A DNA stretch of 63,767 bases, counting the filler, from Folioceros fuciformis (Eukaryota), in assembly GCA_049999805.1 (NCBI GenBank). It is 5 parts of 4 records of this genome, joined end to end, with 100 filler letters (N's around TTAATTAATTAA, not from the genome) between each part and the next. Parts side by side here need not be neighbours in the genome. Positions count along the whole stretch, not along the records: positions 18,193 to 38,716 come from JBNGIO010005682.1; 4 more parts are not named here. The stretch is one strand, 5' to 3'. The stretch's first letter is position 1. The number at the start of each line of letters is the position of its first letter. The position numbers and the translations under genes are program-made. A model generated the notes under the pieces. The model ran no database searches, was not told where the DNA came from, and was given only the letters and a program-made list of their open reading frames with translations. Below are positions 21,850 through 35,690 of this stretch, piece by piece.

Positions 21850-24800
21850 TGTTGAGATATTCGGCCCTCCTTACATAGCGTAAAATAATGTCAAACAGCT
21901 AACCTAAAATAAGTAGTTAGGGTTAGAAGGTAGTTACACGAATAACCGTCGTGTGCCACCTGCGCACGCACGCACGAACCTACAAGAACTATGTGCGCTA
22001 TTTTTCTTTAATGCAACATTGTATTTTGTGTACACCGCATTATGGTATTAGAGCCTTGACTAGGCGTTGATGAAATCCCTGTGCCCTCTATTGAGGCGCA
22101 GCCTTTTCTGTCACTTTGACAGGAAGCACATGGATAGCACCAACGCCCTGCAAAGTGGTTAGTCAATCAAGAACGACTTACGCTATGAGCAGCCTTCCCC
22201 TTAATCAGTGGGTTGGCTGGATGTTGTTCCTTTGTCAATTCATGGACCCGGAATTAGCCTTCATGATCGATCAAGCAGTGAGTGCTGTGATGTGGCGCAA
22301 CGAGCAGCAGTGGAAGAAGAGGGCGGTTGACATCCACAAGCGTGTCAAGATTGCCCATCAACATTCTTGATTTTCCTGTGCAGTGCGGTCTGGAGGTTAG
22401 CAGGTGTACGCTGCAACTACTAGCCAGTGCAAGGAAGGTGGAAGGGTTGAGGATGGCAAGTCAAAGTGTAGAGCCTGCAAGTAAAGGAACTGGGGAGGTT
22501 GGCGTACCTTGTTCCTAGGATGGCACAACGCCATCGTTTTGGTAGGCGCAATCAGAGGAGCATGCCCCAGTTCATCCCTCCTTATGAAGTGACCAATATT
22601 TTGGTGACCTGAGACAGGCGCACTCAACCTTGGAGGATCCTGAATCTTGCTACAGCAAATCCAAGCATCCATCACTATCGTAGGTCACTGCCGTACAGTC
22701 GATGAGATCCTGTTGCACAGCGTCGTTCAGAGTCAATGTTGAGAAGAGGTCAGGTTGAGTCGCTTGCTGTGTCTGTTCAAAATCTATCCCAACGCCTCGA
22801 TAACATTAACAGCAAAGCATTGTGTTGCACCCAGCATATCCTGTCAACCAATCAAGTTGCTAGACTAGAATCCTACCTACGGCAGTTGGATGTGAAGTTG
22901 TTTGTCTTGCCAAGGCCAAGCCCCACATCCTGGAACATACAAAGATCACTCAGACCTTGGCTTCTAATGAAAACCGTACAGTCTGCATTCACTGTCAACA
23001 GAAACAGGTTGAGTCATACAATGCTGGTAGCTGTGACAGATGAGCAAGAGTCATTCTTACAGAACACCTGCCTAGCTTCGTCATTTAGCACAGGAAGTCG
23101 GTGTTATAGACCTTGATGAGTCTTCAGATAGTGAGTCAATTAGGAGTACAGATGTAGATTCCACCCGTGCATCTGTGAACACAGACCTATCAGAAAGAGA
23201 TATAGTTTGGTTTAGTCGTACCAACATGGATGAGGAGGAGAAGGCCAGAGAAGACATGCAGAATGCATTGCAGTCACTTACCAGCGATGTGTTTAAGGAG
23301 AAAGACCGTATGGTGATTGGTGCTGAATATGACATCTGGGTAATGCGCATGCAAGGTGCGCTTGAAGAAAAGAATCTCTGGCATGTTGTGAGCGGAGAGA
23401 CAGAGAAGCCTGATGTTAATTCTGCCGACCTGCCAGTATGGACTTTGGCTGATATCCATGCAAGGAACCTGATTCGTTCAGGTTTGGGTCCTGAAATGAT
23501 TAAATAGGCCTCAGATGGGCCTGGAGACTCAGCAAAGGAGATGTGGGATCGTTTAGCAATGATGTTTGCCTCCCACGATATGGCTGCGTCTATGTCTACA
23601 TCAGCAAGGTACCACAACCTTAGAATGACAGAAGGTGAGAATGTGGAGCACTACATCGGGAGATTCAGAATCGCACGAGCTAAGCTATGTTCCACAGGTG
23701 TAAAGACTACTGACTACGAAGCTAGTTGCAGGCTGTTGAGTTCATTGCCACCCAGCTTTGGACCCTTTGTCACTGGTCAGCAGGCGATGGCAAAGGTGGA
23801 GGCCCGGTTGTCGAAAGCCTTAAAGATTGATGCAGAACCCTTGACATTTAACGGTGTCGTTGGGGCCATGCAACAAGAGGAAGCCACGCGGCTGTCCTCT
23901 AGATCTAGCAGATAGCAGACACAAGGTCAACAAGCCTTGTTTGCTGGACGGGGCAAACCGTATCAAAGAGGACGTGGAGGTTGGAACTCAAAAAAAGGCA
24001 GCAGACCTAGTTTCTAGTGCTTTTGGACAAGCTTTAGGAAGTAAAAAGAAGGCCGGAAATTGCCATTGGTGTGGCATATCAGGTCATTGGGCTCGAAATT
24101 GCCGGAAACGCAAAGTTGGTGAGCCCAAGAAGGAAGGTGCAGGCTCTCCAGAGGTGCACAATGTGCAAGCTGTTAAGAAGAAAAACCCACAAGTGATACT
24201 TACAATTTGCTTGACCACGGCTGGTACGCATACTTCAGCGTGTTTTGTTGACTCCGGAGCATCTACGCATATCTGTCACAGCAGGTCCTCGTTCAGTGAG
24301 TATGAGAAGTACAGGGACGTGCAGTCCATACTCTTAGGCGATGAGAGCTCACTACCCATAGTTGGGATGGGTACAGTGACCCTACACCTGCATCATGGCA
24401 AGACTCTAGTGCTGCACAACGTTCTTCACGTTCCTGCAGTCACGAAGAACCTGCTATCAGTAAGGAAGCTGACTTCAGACACCACTCTGAATGTGCTATT
24501 CAAGGGAGACAAGTGCATAATTGTGGATAGTGTGCATTCAGATGCCGTACTTGCAGAAGGGTTTCCAGTGAACGAGATATACCAGCTGAGCCTTGAAGGT
24601 AGTAGCTTGCCGATGCTGAATGTTGTTGGTATTCCTGCGAACCTCACACCTGGTGAGATAGCTATGCTTTGGCATCTGCGTTGCGGACATCCACATGGCG
24701 GAAAATTATCAGCAATGTCGAACAACTCATTGTATGCTGATGGGATACCTGGTCAAGTGGGGGACTTACCGCTCTGTGAGTAGTGCATCTATGGGAAACA

Positions 24801-27800
24801 TCATGAGGCTGCCTTTGACAAGACAGGTGCTCATCGTGACTCCACACCTCTGGAACTCGTGCATTCAGATATCTGTGGCCCGATTTCAGTACCTTCCATT
24901 GGTGGTGGGTCATATTTCCTCACTTTTATCGACGATTTCACTTGCTACTACACTTTGTACATACTGAAGTACAAGAGTGAAACCCTTCAGCACTTCAAAG
25001 ATTTCCTGCACATGGGTGAGCGGCAAACTGGCCATAGTTTGCGATGCCTCCGATCCGACAATGGTGGGGAGTACATCTCTGGCAAGTTTAAAGTGTATTG
25101 TCGGGATCTTGGCATCACGAGGCAGCTCATAGTCCCCTACACAGCTCAACTCAACGGCGTCGCAGAGAAGAAGAATCAGCTGTTGCAAGAAACTGCTCGG
25201 GCTTTGCTTAAGCAAGCTAGGCTTCCTAGGCGATATTGGGCTGAGGCCATGAACACTACTAACTACCTGCTCAGCAGGTTGCCTACTTGAGTGTTACCTG
25301 GTAAGACGCCATTTGAGGCGTGGTGGGGACGAAAACCACCAATCCAGCACCTTCGCATTTTTTGTGCTCCAGCATATGCGTTTGTTCCAAAGCCTAAAAG
25401 GACAACAAAGCTGCACGACAGGGCACACCAGTTAGTGTTCATAGGTTACACTGATGGCATCAAAGCTTATAAGCTTTCTGACCCTGAGGCATGCATTGTC
25501 AGTCATGCACGTAGTGTAGTTTTTGATAAACGACGAGTGATGCATCCCCCTACTACCTCCATTGACTCGGACAGAGGTGAAAATGTTCTACCTGAGATAG
25601 TTGAGGACCCCGACGAGGATGATCTAGTCGATGGGGCACCCATGCTGATGTAGATCAGTTTGAAGTTTCATATTTTGGTCAATCTGGCGAGGATGATGAT
25701 GGTCATGATGTTGAGACTGCAATCGAGGGTGATAGTATATCACCTGACACCTATACAGAAGGATTGGAAGCAGCAGAGCCCATAGAGGAGGTACCCATTG
25801 CTGATGTACCTACTTCACAAGTGAGAAGTACATACAATCTGCGTGAAAGAAACAGGCCGTGGAAGGAGCCTCCCCTCGAGATGGAAGACTGGAGGCCTAC
25901 TAGGGTTACTAGATTACAGAAGCAAAAGGGAGGCAAGTCGAATGCTGGTAGTGTCGTTACCTTGGAAGTGCCTGCAGTGGGGGCACCGGCACCAGTACCA
26001 GCACTTGCTGAGGTGGACAGTGAAGATGTAGTTTCAGCTGGGGATGCAACCCCGTCCACGTGGTTTGTTCAAGCCATGGTGGCATCCACCTCGGATTTTG
26101 CTGAACTAGCCTCTATGCAACAAGCATATTCAGGACCTGAGGCAAGATAGTGGAAGAAGGATGTAGAGGATGAGTATGCATCCGTAGTTAAAAATGGAAC
26201 CTGGACATTGGAGGAGTTGCCAAAGGGTAGAAAACCTATCTCATGTAAATGGGTCTTCAAGTGAAGGATGAAAGATGATGGCAGCATTAAACGTTACAAA
26301 GCCAGACTGGTAGCAAGAGGTTTTTCTCAGATTCCTGGCATAGACTTTTCTGACACGTTCACTCCAGTTGTCAAGTTTGCAACCCTTCAAATGATTCTTG
26401 CCATAGCTGCGCATATGGACCTGGATCTAGAGCAAATGGATGTGAAGACCGCTTTTCTACATGGTACTCTTGAAGAAGACATGTACATGGAGCAACCTGA
26501 GGGCTACGTAAAGCTAGGGACAGAGCATCTAGTCTGTAAGCTAAAGAAAACCTTGTATGGACTTAAACAAAGTCCTAGAGCTTGGAATCAGTGGATAGAT
26601 ACTTATCTTAAGAAGATGGGCTTCAAGCAGGGTGATGCTAACCCGGGGCTGTATGTTATGACTGAGGACAAGAGTTTCGTGATACTTCTGTTGTATGTAG
26701 ATGACCTAATCCTGGCTGCAACCACGAGCAAAGGGAGCTTAATGCAGAAGGTTAAATCACTCCTCAAAAAGGAATTCGAGATGACAAAGTTAGGGGAACT
26801 TACATGGTGCCTTGGAATAGACATTGCAAGAGATAGGAAGGCAAGGAGACTTTCCATTTCGCAACATAAGTATGTCAGAGACTACTTGAAGAAGTTTAAC
26901 CTCGAGAATGCGAATGGATGTGCCACTCTGTTGGCCACAAGGCTCAAAATAATGAAGAGCCTGGTTCCCATGATACCTGAAGAAGCTGAAGAGATGTCTA
27001 GGACACCATATCGGCATGTAGTAGGGACCCTAATCTATTTGTCAAATGTTACACGACCAGATATTGCCTTCCCTGTTAGCCTAGAGTCATAGTTCTTAGA
27101 AAACCCTCACCCTAAGCATTGGAGCCAAGTCAAAAGAACGTTCAGATACTTGAAATCCACTCCGACGCATGGCATTACATATGCTGGGATAGAGGAGGAG
27201 CTCTTAACTTTGGAGGGCTTCTGCGACTCAGACTGGGCGTATGACCTAGACAGCAGGAAGTCCCTATCAGCCTTTGTGTTCTTGTTGGCAGGTCCGGTCA
27301 CCTGGACAAGCAAGAAACAAGCAACTGTATCAACTTCGAGCACGGAAGCTGAATACAAAGCACTTATAGTAGCTGCAAAAGAGGCAATCTGGATCAGGCG
27401 GAACCTATCTAATGTTGGGATGAAGCAACCAAGCGCCACCGTTCTTCAATGTGATAATCAGGGCGCCATTGCGCTATCAAGAAACCTTGCTTTCCACTCT
27501 AAGGTGAAGCATATGGAAATACACCACCATTTCATAAGAGAAGTGGTGAGCAACGGTCAAATGACAATCCAGTATATTCCTACAGCTGAGAACCCTGCGG
27601 ATCTACTGACCAAAGCCCTGCCTAGAGAGCTGCACAACAAACATGCAAATAGGCTAGGCATAGCAGCCTGTGAGAAGTAACAACAGATAGTTCGCCTACA
27701 CGCCATCCATCGACAAACTGTAAGCTATGTAGAAGTTTCGACTAGTACCAGTTGAAGTTTTGTCATCAATTCCCACTCGCAGAAGGTAAAGCCTTGTCTT

Positions 27801-28369
27801 CTTGCAGATGAAGGAGGGTGGAGCCCAATTTGCGCCGTGGCAAACCAATGTGCAGCCATTCTGTGTACCGACTAGTAGCAACCGCCGTTGGTCCAAGCTC
27901 AGGTGCTGCGAAGTAGAGAAGAAGAGAGTAGCTTCTGCCTGAATCGTGTTGGAGAGTCTGACGGCTGAGGGTAAGAGTGGCGGCGGGCGATCATCGACAG
28001 TAGGCGCATTTTGGGCAGCTTCAAGCTCTGCAATTACAGTGTCAAGGATTGTGACAACCTAGGCTAGCGCCACAATCAAGGTCTTAAGCGGCCGCCGAAT
28101 CCAAAAAAAAAGAAAAGTGGAGCGTAAGAGCAGCATTAGAAGTATTAACAGTATAAGATAGGACCTCAAGTGGGGGTGTTGAGAAATTTGGCCCTCCTTA
28201 TATAGCGTAAAATAATGTCAAACAGCTAACCTAAAATAAGTAGTTAGGATTAGAAGGTAGTTACACGAATAACCGTCGTGTGTCACCCAGGCGCGCACGC
28301 ACGAACCTACAAGAACTATGTGCGCTATTTTTCTTTAATGCAACCTTGTATTTTTTGTACACCGCGTTA
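21850..28369 (+). mobile_element. Complete Ty1/Copia LTR retrotransposon inserted in DNMT copy 2
   Basis: 193-bp LTRs at 21850-22042 and 28177-28369 (about 12 mismatches; TG...TA ends). PBS TGGTATTAGAGC at 22043-22054. PPT AAGTGGGGG at 28168-28176. TSD TATCC/TAACC. Confidence 0.95.
23175..27680 (+). pseudogene. Copia gag-pol with stops and frameshifts
   Basis: FKEKDR, CHWCGISGHWARNC, FVDSGASTH, HSDICGP, SDNGGEY, YKARLVARGF, LYVDD, DSDWA, SSTEAEY, ADLLTK. Confidence 0.92.
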
Positions 28370-28374
28370 TAACC

Positions 28375-28710
28375 AACAGCCAACATCGCTTCCAAACTAG
28401 ATGCAATTCTAGCAAACAACTCAACCACAACCAATCCATATGCAGACAAACTCAAAGTCACAAGTTTATTACACACAAGTTCCAATTTATAGATTGCCTC
28501 CTTTGTACAGGGTTGACTCTTATCATCCAACTGAAATTCAGCTTGCCTCTTTTCAAGTTCTCTAAAAATTCTAGCTAACACTCTAGCAACATCTGTTTTT
28601 ATCGAGTCATCCTCCACACTAATACTACTGCATTCCTTAGCACACAAATTTTGCATATGACACACAACCCACAACTTATCTTCTTCATCCTCCTCATCCA
28701 TCCCCTCAAA
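28375..28710 (-). pseudogene. DNMT copy 2, N-terminal part (acidic linker and motif I)
   Basis: GLVVVELFARIASSLEAMLAVG joins in frame to YAIKRYIY at 21849 once the Copia and one TSD are removed. Confidence 0.85.
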
Positions 28711-29399
28711 GAAGGTGCCACGTTTACCACACATGCACGCAGGAATTCACTCTCCAGGTGCTTGCAACATCATGCTTGCGTGCACGAATTCGGGAACTTG
28801 GGAAGCACCCAGCAGTCTAGCACGGACAATGGCAGTGGTGGTGCCCAACAACATCGACACCCAACAATCACGACGTGACCCGGATCCCGGTTGCTAGGCG
28901 GCAGGGTCAAGACCAGGCTGCAAGGCAGCCTAGATGCCGGCTACGATCCCCCCCATTTGAATGTGGAGGCATGAAGGAGAAGGAGGAGGAGAAGGTGGCA
29001 TTGGGTGGCTCAAATGTTTTAATTGTGTCATTGCCTCCATACTGTGGGAAGACCATGCACTCTTTTCTTGTTCTATCCATGACTAAGAGATTTAGTAAGT
29101 AAAACCTTGAGGGTACTATGTTAGGAATTGCCTTAACATCAATGGCTTAGTAGGTTTTTCCAGGCTGCTTCTAAAAGCAGTTGCCTCCATAGTAGATATT
29201 TACAAGCGTGTTTCCATTGTCATGTCAATGGGCTTCTAATTACCAACTACAGGCAGCAATAGCAAACTTGAGGCTGGAGTAGTGACTTGCTTACAAACGG
29301 GCACTTACTTCATGCACATTTTGTATCTTAAGTACGTAAAGGTTGCCTACATTTAGTTGCAATCTTGATCTAGCCTAGAAGGAATGGGTGTACATATCA

Positions 29400-30236
29400 T
29401 CCACCTTCAGCCATCCAATGTAGCATCTAGATGGGCAAATGCTTGCATCATCTACAAGGGAAACATCCACGAACCACTCTTATTGCTACATTTTAGCTGT
29501 ACACTCAATGCATATTAACTACGTAAAAACCACATGAATCCATTTTCACCTTGTATTGCAATCAAACCGACCAACTTTGAGGAGGAAGGGGCATGTCCAC
29601 ACCCTCACACTTTGCTTCCAAAATGTCCTCAATCCTTTCAAATAAATGATGGTGACCTCCATCTTCCACCACAAAAAACCCATACACCCAAGAATCCATT
29701 GTTGGTTTCCTATGCTTATCTACATTGATTGTTCAAAAATGATACCCCCAAGCATTCAATCTGCAATATGTGTTCACTGTGAGTCATGGGCCATCCACAA
29801 TAGCTTTGATGTTAGCAAAATTTGGTCGATCAATCCACACACCACTACGCACACCATTTTGCAACCATGTCAGTAGGTCAAGATTGCTTAACTCCCCATT
29901 TTCCAATGTTTCCCTTAACAGAGTGATGGTATTAGTGTGGAGGAGAATGTGCCGATGAAGCCTCTAATGCTCTAGCCTTGTCAATTCCTTGACCTTAGCA
30001 TTCCCAATGGGACGCTCATTTACCATATCATGATAAACATTGCTTAATAAACTCCCATGATCTTGATTACGGGATGCCATGTACTTGCTTGCAAAGTACA
30101 AGGCATCCATTGGTAAATAACCAGTTGCCATGGATCCTTCAAAGCGTCCTTGATTACGTACATGGTTATGCAACACCACCATGTAATGCTCCATTGGATA
30201 CATCAACCTACAATGGGCTGTCCCCTGGGTCTCCAT
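29400..30236 (-). pseudogene. CACTA/En-Spm TnpD-type transposase fragment
   Basis: GTAHCRLMYPMEHYMVVLHNHVRNQGRFEGSMATGY resembles the TnpD motif GPV.YRWMYP.ER....LK..VRN...PEGS.AEGY. Downstream GYHF and KVKMDSCGFYVVN fit the TnpD C-terminal region. Confidence 0.75.
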
Positions 30237-32074
30237 TTCATGGGGGTGCGAGTGGTGGTAGAGTGGTGATTGAAGTGCGTGAGTGGTGATTGGAGTGTGG
30301 AGCGTTGGAGTGCATGAGTGGTGGTGGAGTGGTGATAGGAGTGTGGAGGTTGGGCGGTGGTAGGGCGTAGGTGTGTGTTACTTTGCTATGCCATCATGTG
30401 ATTGTCAGCTAGGGTTTCCACTCTTTGGGGAAAAGTTTGGATGAGGTGATGCATGGCAAGGACAAGTTCATTAGGAGTTGGGGTGTATGTTTGCGTTCAC
30501 GAGTGGAGGGTAGTAGAGTGGGCTCATTGTACATAAGTAGGTATAGGCACATAGCACCTGTAAGTACGTAGATAAGTAGAGGTACACAACTTTCATACGT
30601 ATGTAGGTTGGTATAGGTATGGAGCGGGGCCAGAAGGAGCAGATTAAGGCCCATGGGTATAGCGAGAGTGGTGCATCCACTATGTTGGGAGCTATTGTTG
30701 GGGTTAGGGCTTGGCACCAACGGTTGTTAAGGTTTGGCATTGACAATTTGGTTCTCCAAGTGCGAGGGGCATGGAGCTTGGGCATGGCTAGTTCTAGACC
30801 ATTAGGAATTTTCTAGTCCAAGGTTACTCATATCCCCAACATTTGAGAGAAATTGAAAGACATACAATTGCGCCTCCTACTTGGAACTCCATCAGTTGTG
30901 AACAACAATGATGAGGAGGAAGAGGATGGCCTTGCAGCAAGTGCCAATAATGGCATTGACTTTGATGAAGAGCATGTCGTAAAGGAGTAGGTGCTAATGC
31001 GCTTTAGGGGATGGGGTGGAGGGAGGATGGGTTGGGGGAACTAGATGTGTGGTAAGGAGAAGTGCATACAAGATGATCTACCATGTTCTCCAAGATCGTG
31101 TGTGCAAAGTGATGAGACTATTCAACGCTCTCAAGTTGAGTTTCTACGACCTTGTCTCCAAGAATGACATAAGTGGCATGCAGTCAAGTCAACAAGGGTC
31201 GGTACGCAGCGGCACCAACCACCTATGATAACTATGACAAAATAAAAACCACACCCTAGTGTAAAGTGACTACGAAGTGAATCAAGCCGCTAGCAATGGA
31301 AGGTCTTTTTAGGTGAAACATTCGGTTGGGCCCAAAGCAAGAAAATCCACACAAGATGCACCCACAACGCATGCCTACCATACTTGAGTAGGAAGAGGAA
31401 GCCGACATGCTAGAACCCACTACCCACAGTTGTGGCAAGCAGTGATAGCGGTCGTCGAAGACCGTTTGTGTGACAAGATTTTTTAGAGGATAGTCCTTTG
31501 CATTGAAGTGTAGATGAATACATGTGGACAATGCCCTTAATGTGTTCTTTCTATTTGCCATTAGGGCTTATTTGTACCTGTACTCTTTTTCCCAGTTTCC
31601 ATTGCACATGGGCATCATATCAATCATTCTAGGGTGTCTCGTTAAGGAACACACCCTGCTCCTAGCCACCATGGTCGTGCCTAGCTCATATTTTTTGATG
31701 GCCACTGTTATTTCAACCCTTAGTTTTTGGAAATGTCTCCAAATCGTCCAATTGGTACCCAAGTTTCACGACCCTTTGTAGATGGAAAAATGTTAAAAAA
31801 CCCCCTCACCAAGTGTAAGACTTGGTTTTATTATTTATTATTTTTTTGATAGGACGGATGCGAAAGCGGCTGAAGTTGGGGATGGGAGGGGGTATATACG
31901 CACAAGACCTCCTTGGGTCTTGAAGTTTTGAGATAGATCAATAACTAGGCCATGGATCAGGTTGGGTAGGTGCTACTTGGGTCTTGATGTTCAGATAAAC
32001 TCTAGGAAGCCTATATAAGGACCCCCCCCCCTACATTTATAGAATAGGGAGTAACCCGCGGGGGAGGGAAGATT

Positions 32075-34697
32075 GTGGACTTAGGCGGAAAAAAGGGACT
32101 TTGTGACTCAGTAACGGTAGGGGAAGATGAGTTGCCATCGTGGAAGACGGAACCGGTTGTGGAATCCTGGCATGGTGATGGAGCTGAAGCATTGCGGACG
32201 AATAGGAACCCTAAGGCGGGACCCAAGGGACTTGGAGTATTTTCGAAGTGGAGCGCAACCATGGCGGGAGCGGCATCGAGGAGCGAACGTGGTGGACATG
32301 ACACAAGGTGCAAGCAAGTGAACGGGGCGCAGGCAGAGCCTGAGCGCGGGACTTGAAGAGGAGCGGAGCACACGGGTACTAGGAGAGGCGGCGGCGCCAG
32401 GACAATAGTGGAGCAGAGTCTGATGGCGGGAGTGATTGCAGACTCGGCATCGGTGGCAACATCCAGGGATGCAGCGCTAGAGCAGGTGCCTCAGGTGGAG
32501 GTAGCCCTCTGGCCCAACATGGGCCATTGGAAGGCCAGAGCCGGAGGGCTGGTGGAGGAGCTAGGCCTTGGGTTCATGGCCAAGAGGTGGAACCATGTGA
32601 CTCCCGCTCTGGTATAGGAGTACGCACACCGGCTGCGAAACAAGATCAAAGGGGAAAGGACCAGGGAAAGACCCCCGGACTGGGACGTCGAGCTGGTCAG
32701 GACGGTATATGGGCGGGGCCAGGAGGAAGTTGGGGGACTCATAATCGAGTCCCTAAGGAAGTGCAGCACCACAGCAACCGCAGCAGTGCTGTTCAAAACT
32801 GGAATCGGAAGGGAGGCTAATGGATGGCTGGCGTGGGAGATGGCAACTGCCCAGCTCATGGGCCTGGCTAGGTGGCTTTTGTGTTTTTTGCAGAATAGGA
32901 AGCAAGACTACCTATCGGACCAAATGTTGCTGGTCCTGCACAAGGTGGTCAAGGGGAACAGGATCGATTGGGGGAAAATTATCTTCGATTGACTGAACAA
33001 GTAGAGACAGAATCTAGCTTCACCAACACCCCGTCCGTCTCTGATCTCCCCCTTCCTCGTTCATTTGTATTGCCATGCTAATAGTCTACCAGAAATAGAG
33101 GTAGTGGCTTCTCTGCACATGTGGAAGCCTATTTGGGAGGTCAAGTCGAAGCCAAAGGAACCCAAGAAGGAGGCAGAGTCCAGCAGTTGGGAGTTGGGAG
33201 CAACAGGGAGTTCAGAAGAGGAGGTGACTGCCAGCTGGAAGAGGAAGGCAGAGGCCGGGCGGAAGACCCTTGCGAAAGCAGGAAGATCAGCGGGCGTACC
33301 ACTAGGGTGGTAGGGGACCCAACGCTGCAAGGTCCTACCTGAAAAGTAAGCAACGAACAACTGGGCACCTCCTCAGCCGAACCCAAGGAATCACCACCAA
33401 CAGAGGAACCGAAAGCGGCTAAGGTGGCAAGGAAATTAGGGCTGACCTCGGGGGAAGAACACTTCTCGCGGTGGGAGGAGCTTTTCAGGGCCACTCCTTT
33501 GGTGGCGAGATTGCAAGAGGAGGATCTGGCCAGGGTGCGCACATTGCTGGGAAGAGGGATCCTGGACAGAGGAATGGCTATTGGAGGCGCACCCCAACAG
33601 GTGGATTTACCAGGCCTAACAGCGGCCATGGTTCGGGCACAGGCGGACATGTTGGACCAAGCTGCACGGGCGCTGACTTGGCTGAGCATGCAGGGGTAGA
33701 AAGAGGAGGAGGTGCAGGCCAAGCTAACTAAAGCAGAAGCAAGGCGGAGGCAACTAGAGGAGGCTCAGCAAGCCCTGAGTGAAGCAAAGGAACAGGCACA
33801 GGAGGAAATATGCCGGGCTCGGGAAGAAATGCAAGCAATGAAGGATCAGTAGGAGCTGCTTCTGACCCAAGTCAAGGAGGTCCATGAGGCTAACCAGGAA
33901 ATGCAACAGGAATTGTTGAGGGCACAGGAGCAAGAGGCGGTTGCAGTGGAGAAGGTCCAGAAGCTTGCGGACCGGTATAAACGGGAACGGGATGAGGCCT
34001 AGAGCCGGGTGAAAGGGAAGGGGAAGGCTAGACGGAGCAGCCGGTCCGCGACCAAGGAAACCGAAGCCGCTACCAGTCAGAGGGAACCCATGCCAGTAGG
34101 GGACAGCCCTACCAGGGTAGAGGAAGCAACGATGGTCATGTAGCCCGCAACCGGAAGAGCGGGGATGGCAACTCGCACCAGGAGGCTAGGGCTGACAGCA
34201 GCAGCGGCCGGAGGGGAAAAAGATTTCCCAGTACCCCTGGAGAGCAAAAGAAAGGTAGTTCGAGGTAGCTCACGGGAGGAGGGGGTAAGCACCTCATCTA
34301 CAGTAGGAGGCCAGATTGTATTACAGCATCTGGATGAGGAAACTTATGTTCCTAGCCTTTATGTGAATGGGGACCGTGTGCTTAACCTGACTGTCCATGT
34401 GCATGTGGAAATAGGAGGGACAAGGGCTTATTGCCTACAACTGAGGATGCGCGGGGGGTGTTTCTCCCACTGCTTCCGGGTGTGGGGACTGCCCCCTTAT
34501 TATTCGGAGGTAATCCTGGAGGAACAGACAGAGGAGGAAGCGCAAGCATGGGTGGAGCAAGAACCCGTGATGGTTCTCAGCAACAGGCGACCAAGTGGTG
34601 GAGGAAGGACCTTTCGGCGGGCCCCGCCCATGCCTTAGCAAGAGAAGTCAGGCGACAGCGGGAGCGAGGTAGAGGTTTTATGGGAGGACTTGCCTGA
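32075..34697 (+). pseudogene. Decayed ~850-codon ORF in copy B
   Basis: CTATATAAGG TATA box at 32011. Successive ORF pieces (32075, 32408, 32786, 33065, 33424, 34165) join through single stops and one frameshift. Includes IDWGKIIFD, ISPFLVHLY, a basic NLS-like patch, a coiled coil and a C-terminal globular segment. Confidence 0.72.
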
Positions 34698-35094
34698 CCA
34701 GCGACAAGGAAGGAGAGTGCGGGGATTTTGCGGTCAGGGGAGGGGTACGCCGAGACTGGATAGGAGGCGAGCGTGGCAATAGGATAGGCCAGAATTCATT
34801 GCATCTTAGAGTTATATTTAGTTAAGATCTAGTGAAGATACTTTCTTGGACTTGATGCTGCTCGTAATTAAGAGCGCCTGATTGCTGGAAACTAGACTTC
34901 ATGGCGGCTACGATCCCGCCTGGTGAGTGTGTACAAAGAGGCATGTTGGTGCCTTGCTAATCAGCAAACAATCGGTGACTCGTTCTAGGCAAGGTCCCCG
35001 CGCTATCCATGACTAGACAAGAGAGGTCTAGGTGGGCAGTGCATGCGCGACGCGCCTGAGGGGAAGCCAAGAGTTTTTGCTCCACAATGAGCGG

Positions 35095-35690
35095 TGAGGG
35101 AGACAAATCCGTAGAACCTTTGCTGAGTGGAAGGTCACCTTCCCTTATCCCCCAAACTGTTTGTTGTGATCCATAGTGTGGAGAAAGGGGAACAAATCCG
35201 CCAGCTGTGCGGAGTAGAAGGGGAGACCCTCCTTCCCTGAATGGCTGCCTGTGGATTGTAGCCAAGGTGAGGGGAACGAATCTGCCAGTGCGCAAAGTGG
35301 AAGGGGATCGCCTCCTTCCCTTATTCCCTGATCCTTTGGTTGCGTTTAAAATCTGCTGGTGAGAAGTGTGTAAGAAGTGATGAGGCGTTGAAGAGTGAGT
35401 GTGTAAAAAGGAGAAGGTTGAAGGAGTGAGTGTGTGAGAGGAGAACTAACTGTGGTCCATAGAGAGAGGACGAATCAGCTGGCGGAGTGGAAGGAGAACT
35501 TCTCTTTCCCTTATTCCCTGAACCGTTGGCTACGTTCTAAGTCTGGTGTCAAAGTGAGTGTATGAGAAGAAGAAGAAGAGAAGGAGTGAGAGAAGACTGA
35601 TTGTGGTCTGTAGCTGAGGAGAGGGGGACGAATCCGCCAGCTGCGTGGAGTGGAAGGAGAATGTCTCTTTCCCTTATTCCCTGAACCATT
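35095..35690. repeat. Five ~60-nt modules in copy B (reverse complement of those at 11810-12295)
   Basis: GGGGACGAATCCGCCAG...GTGGAAGGAGA...TTCCCTTATTCCCTG recurs at ~35098, 35187, 35270, 35467 and 35623. Confidence 0.75.
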
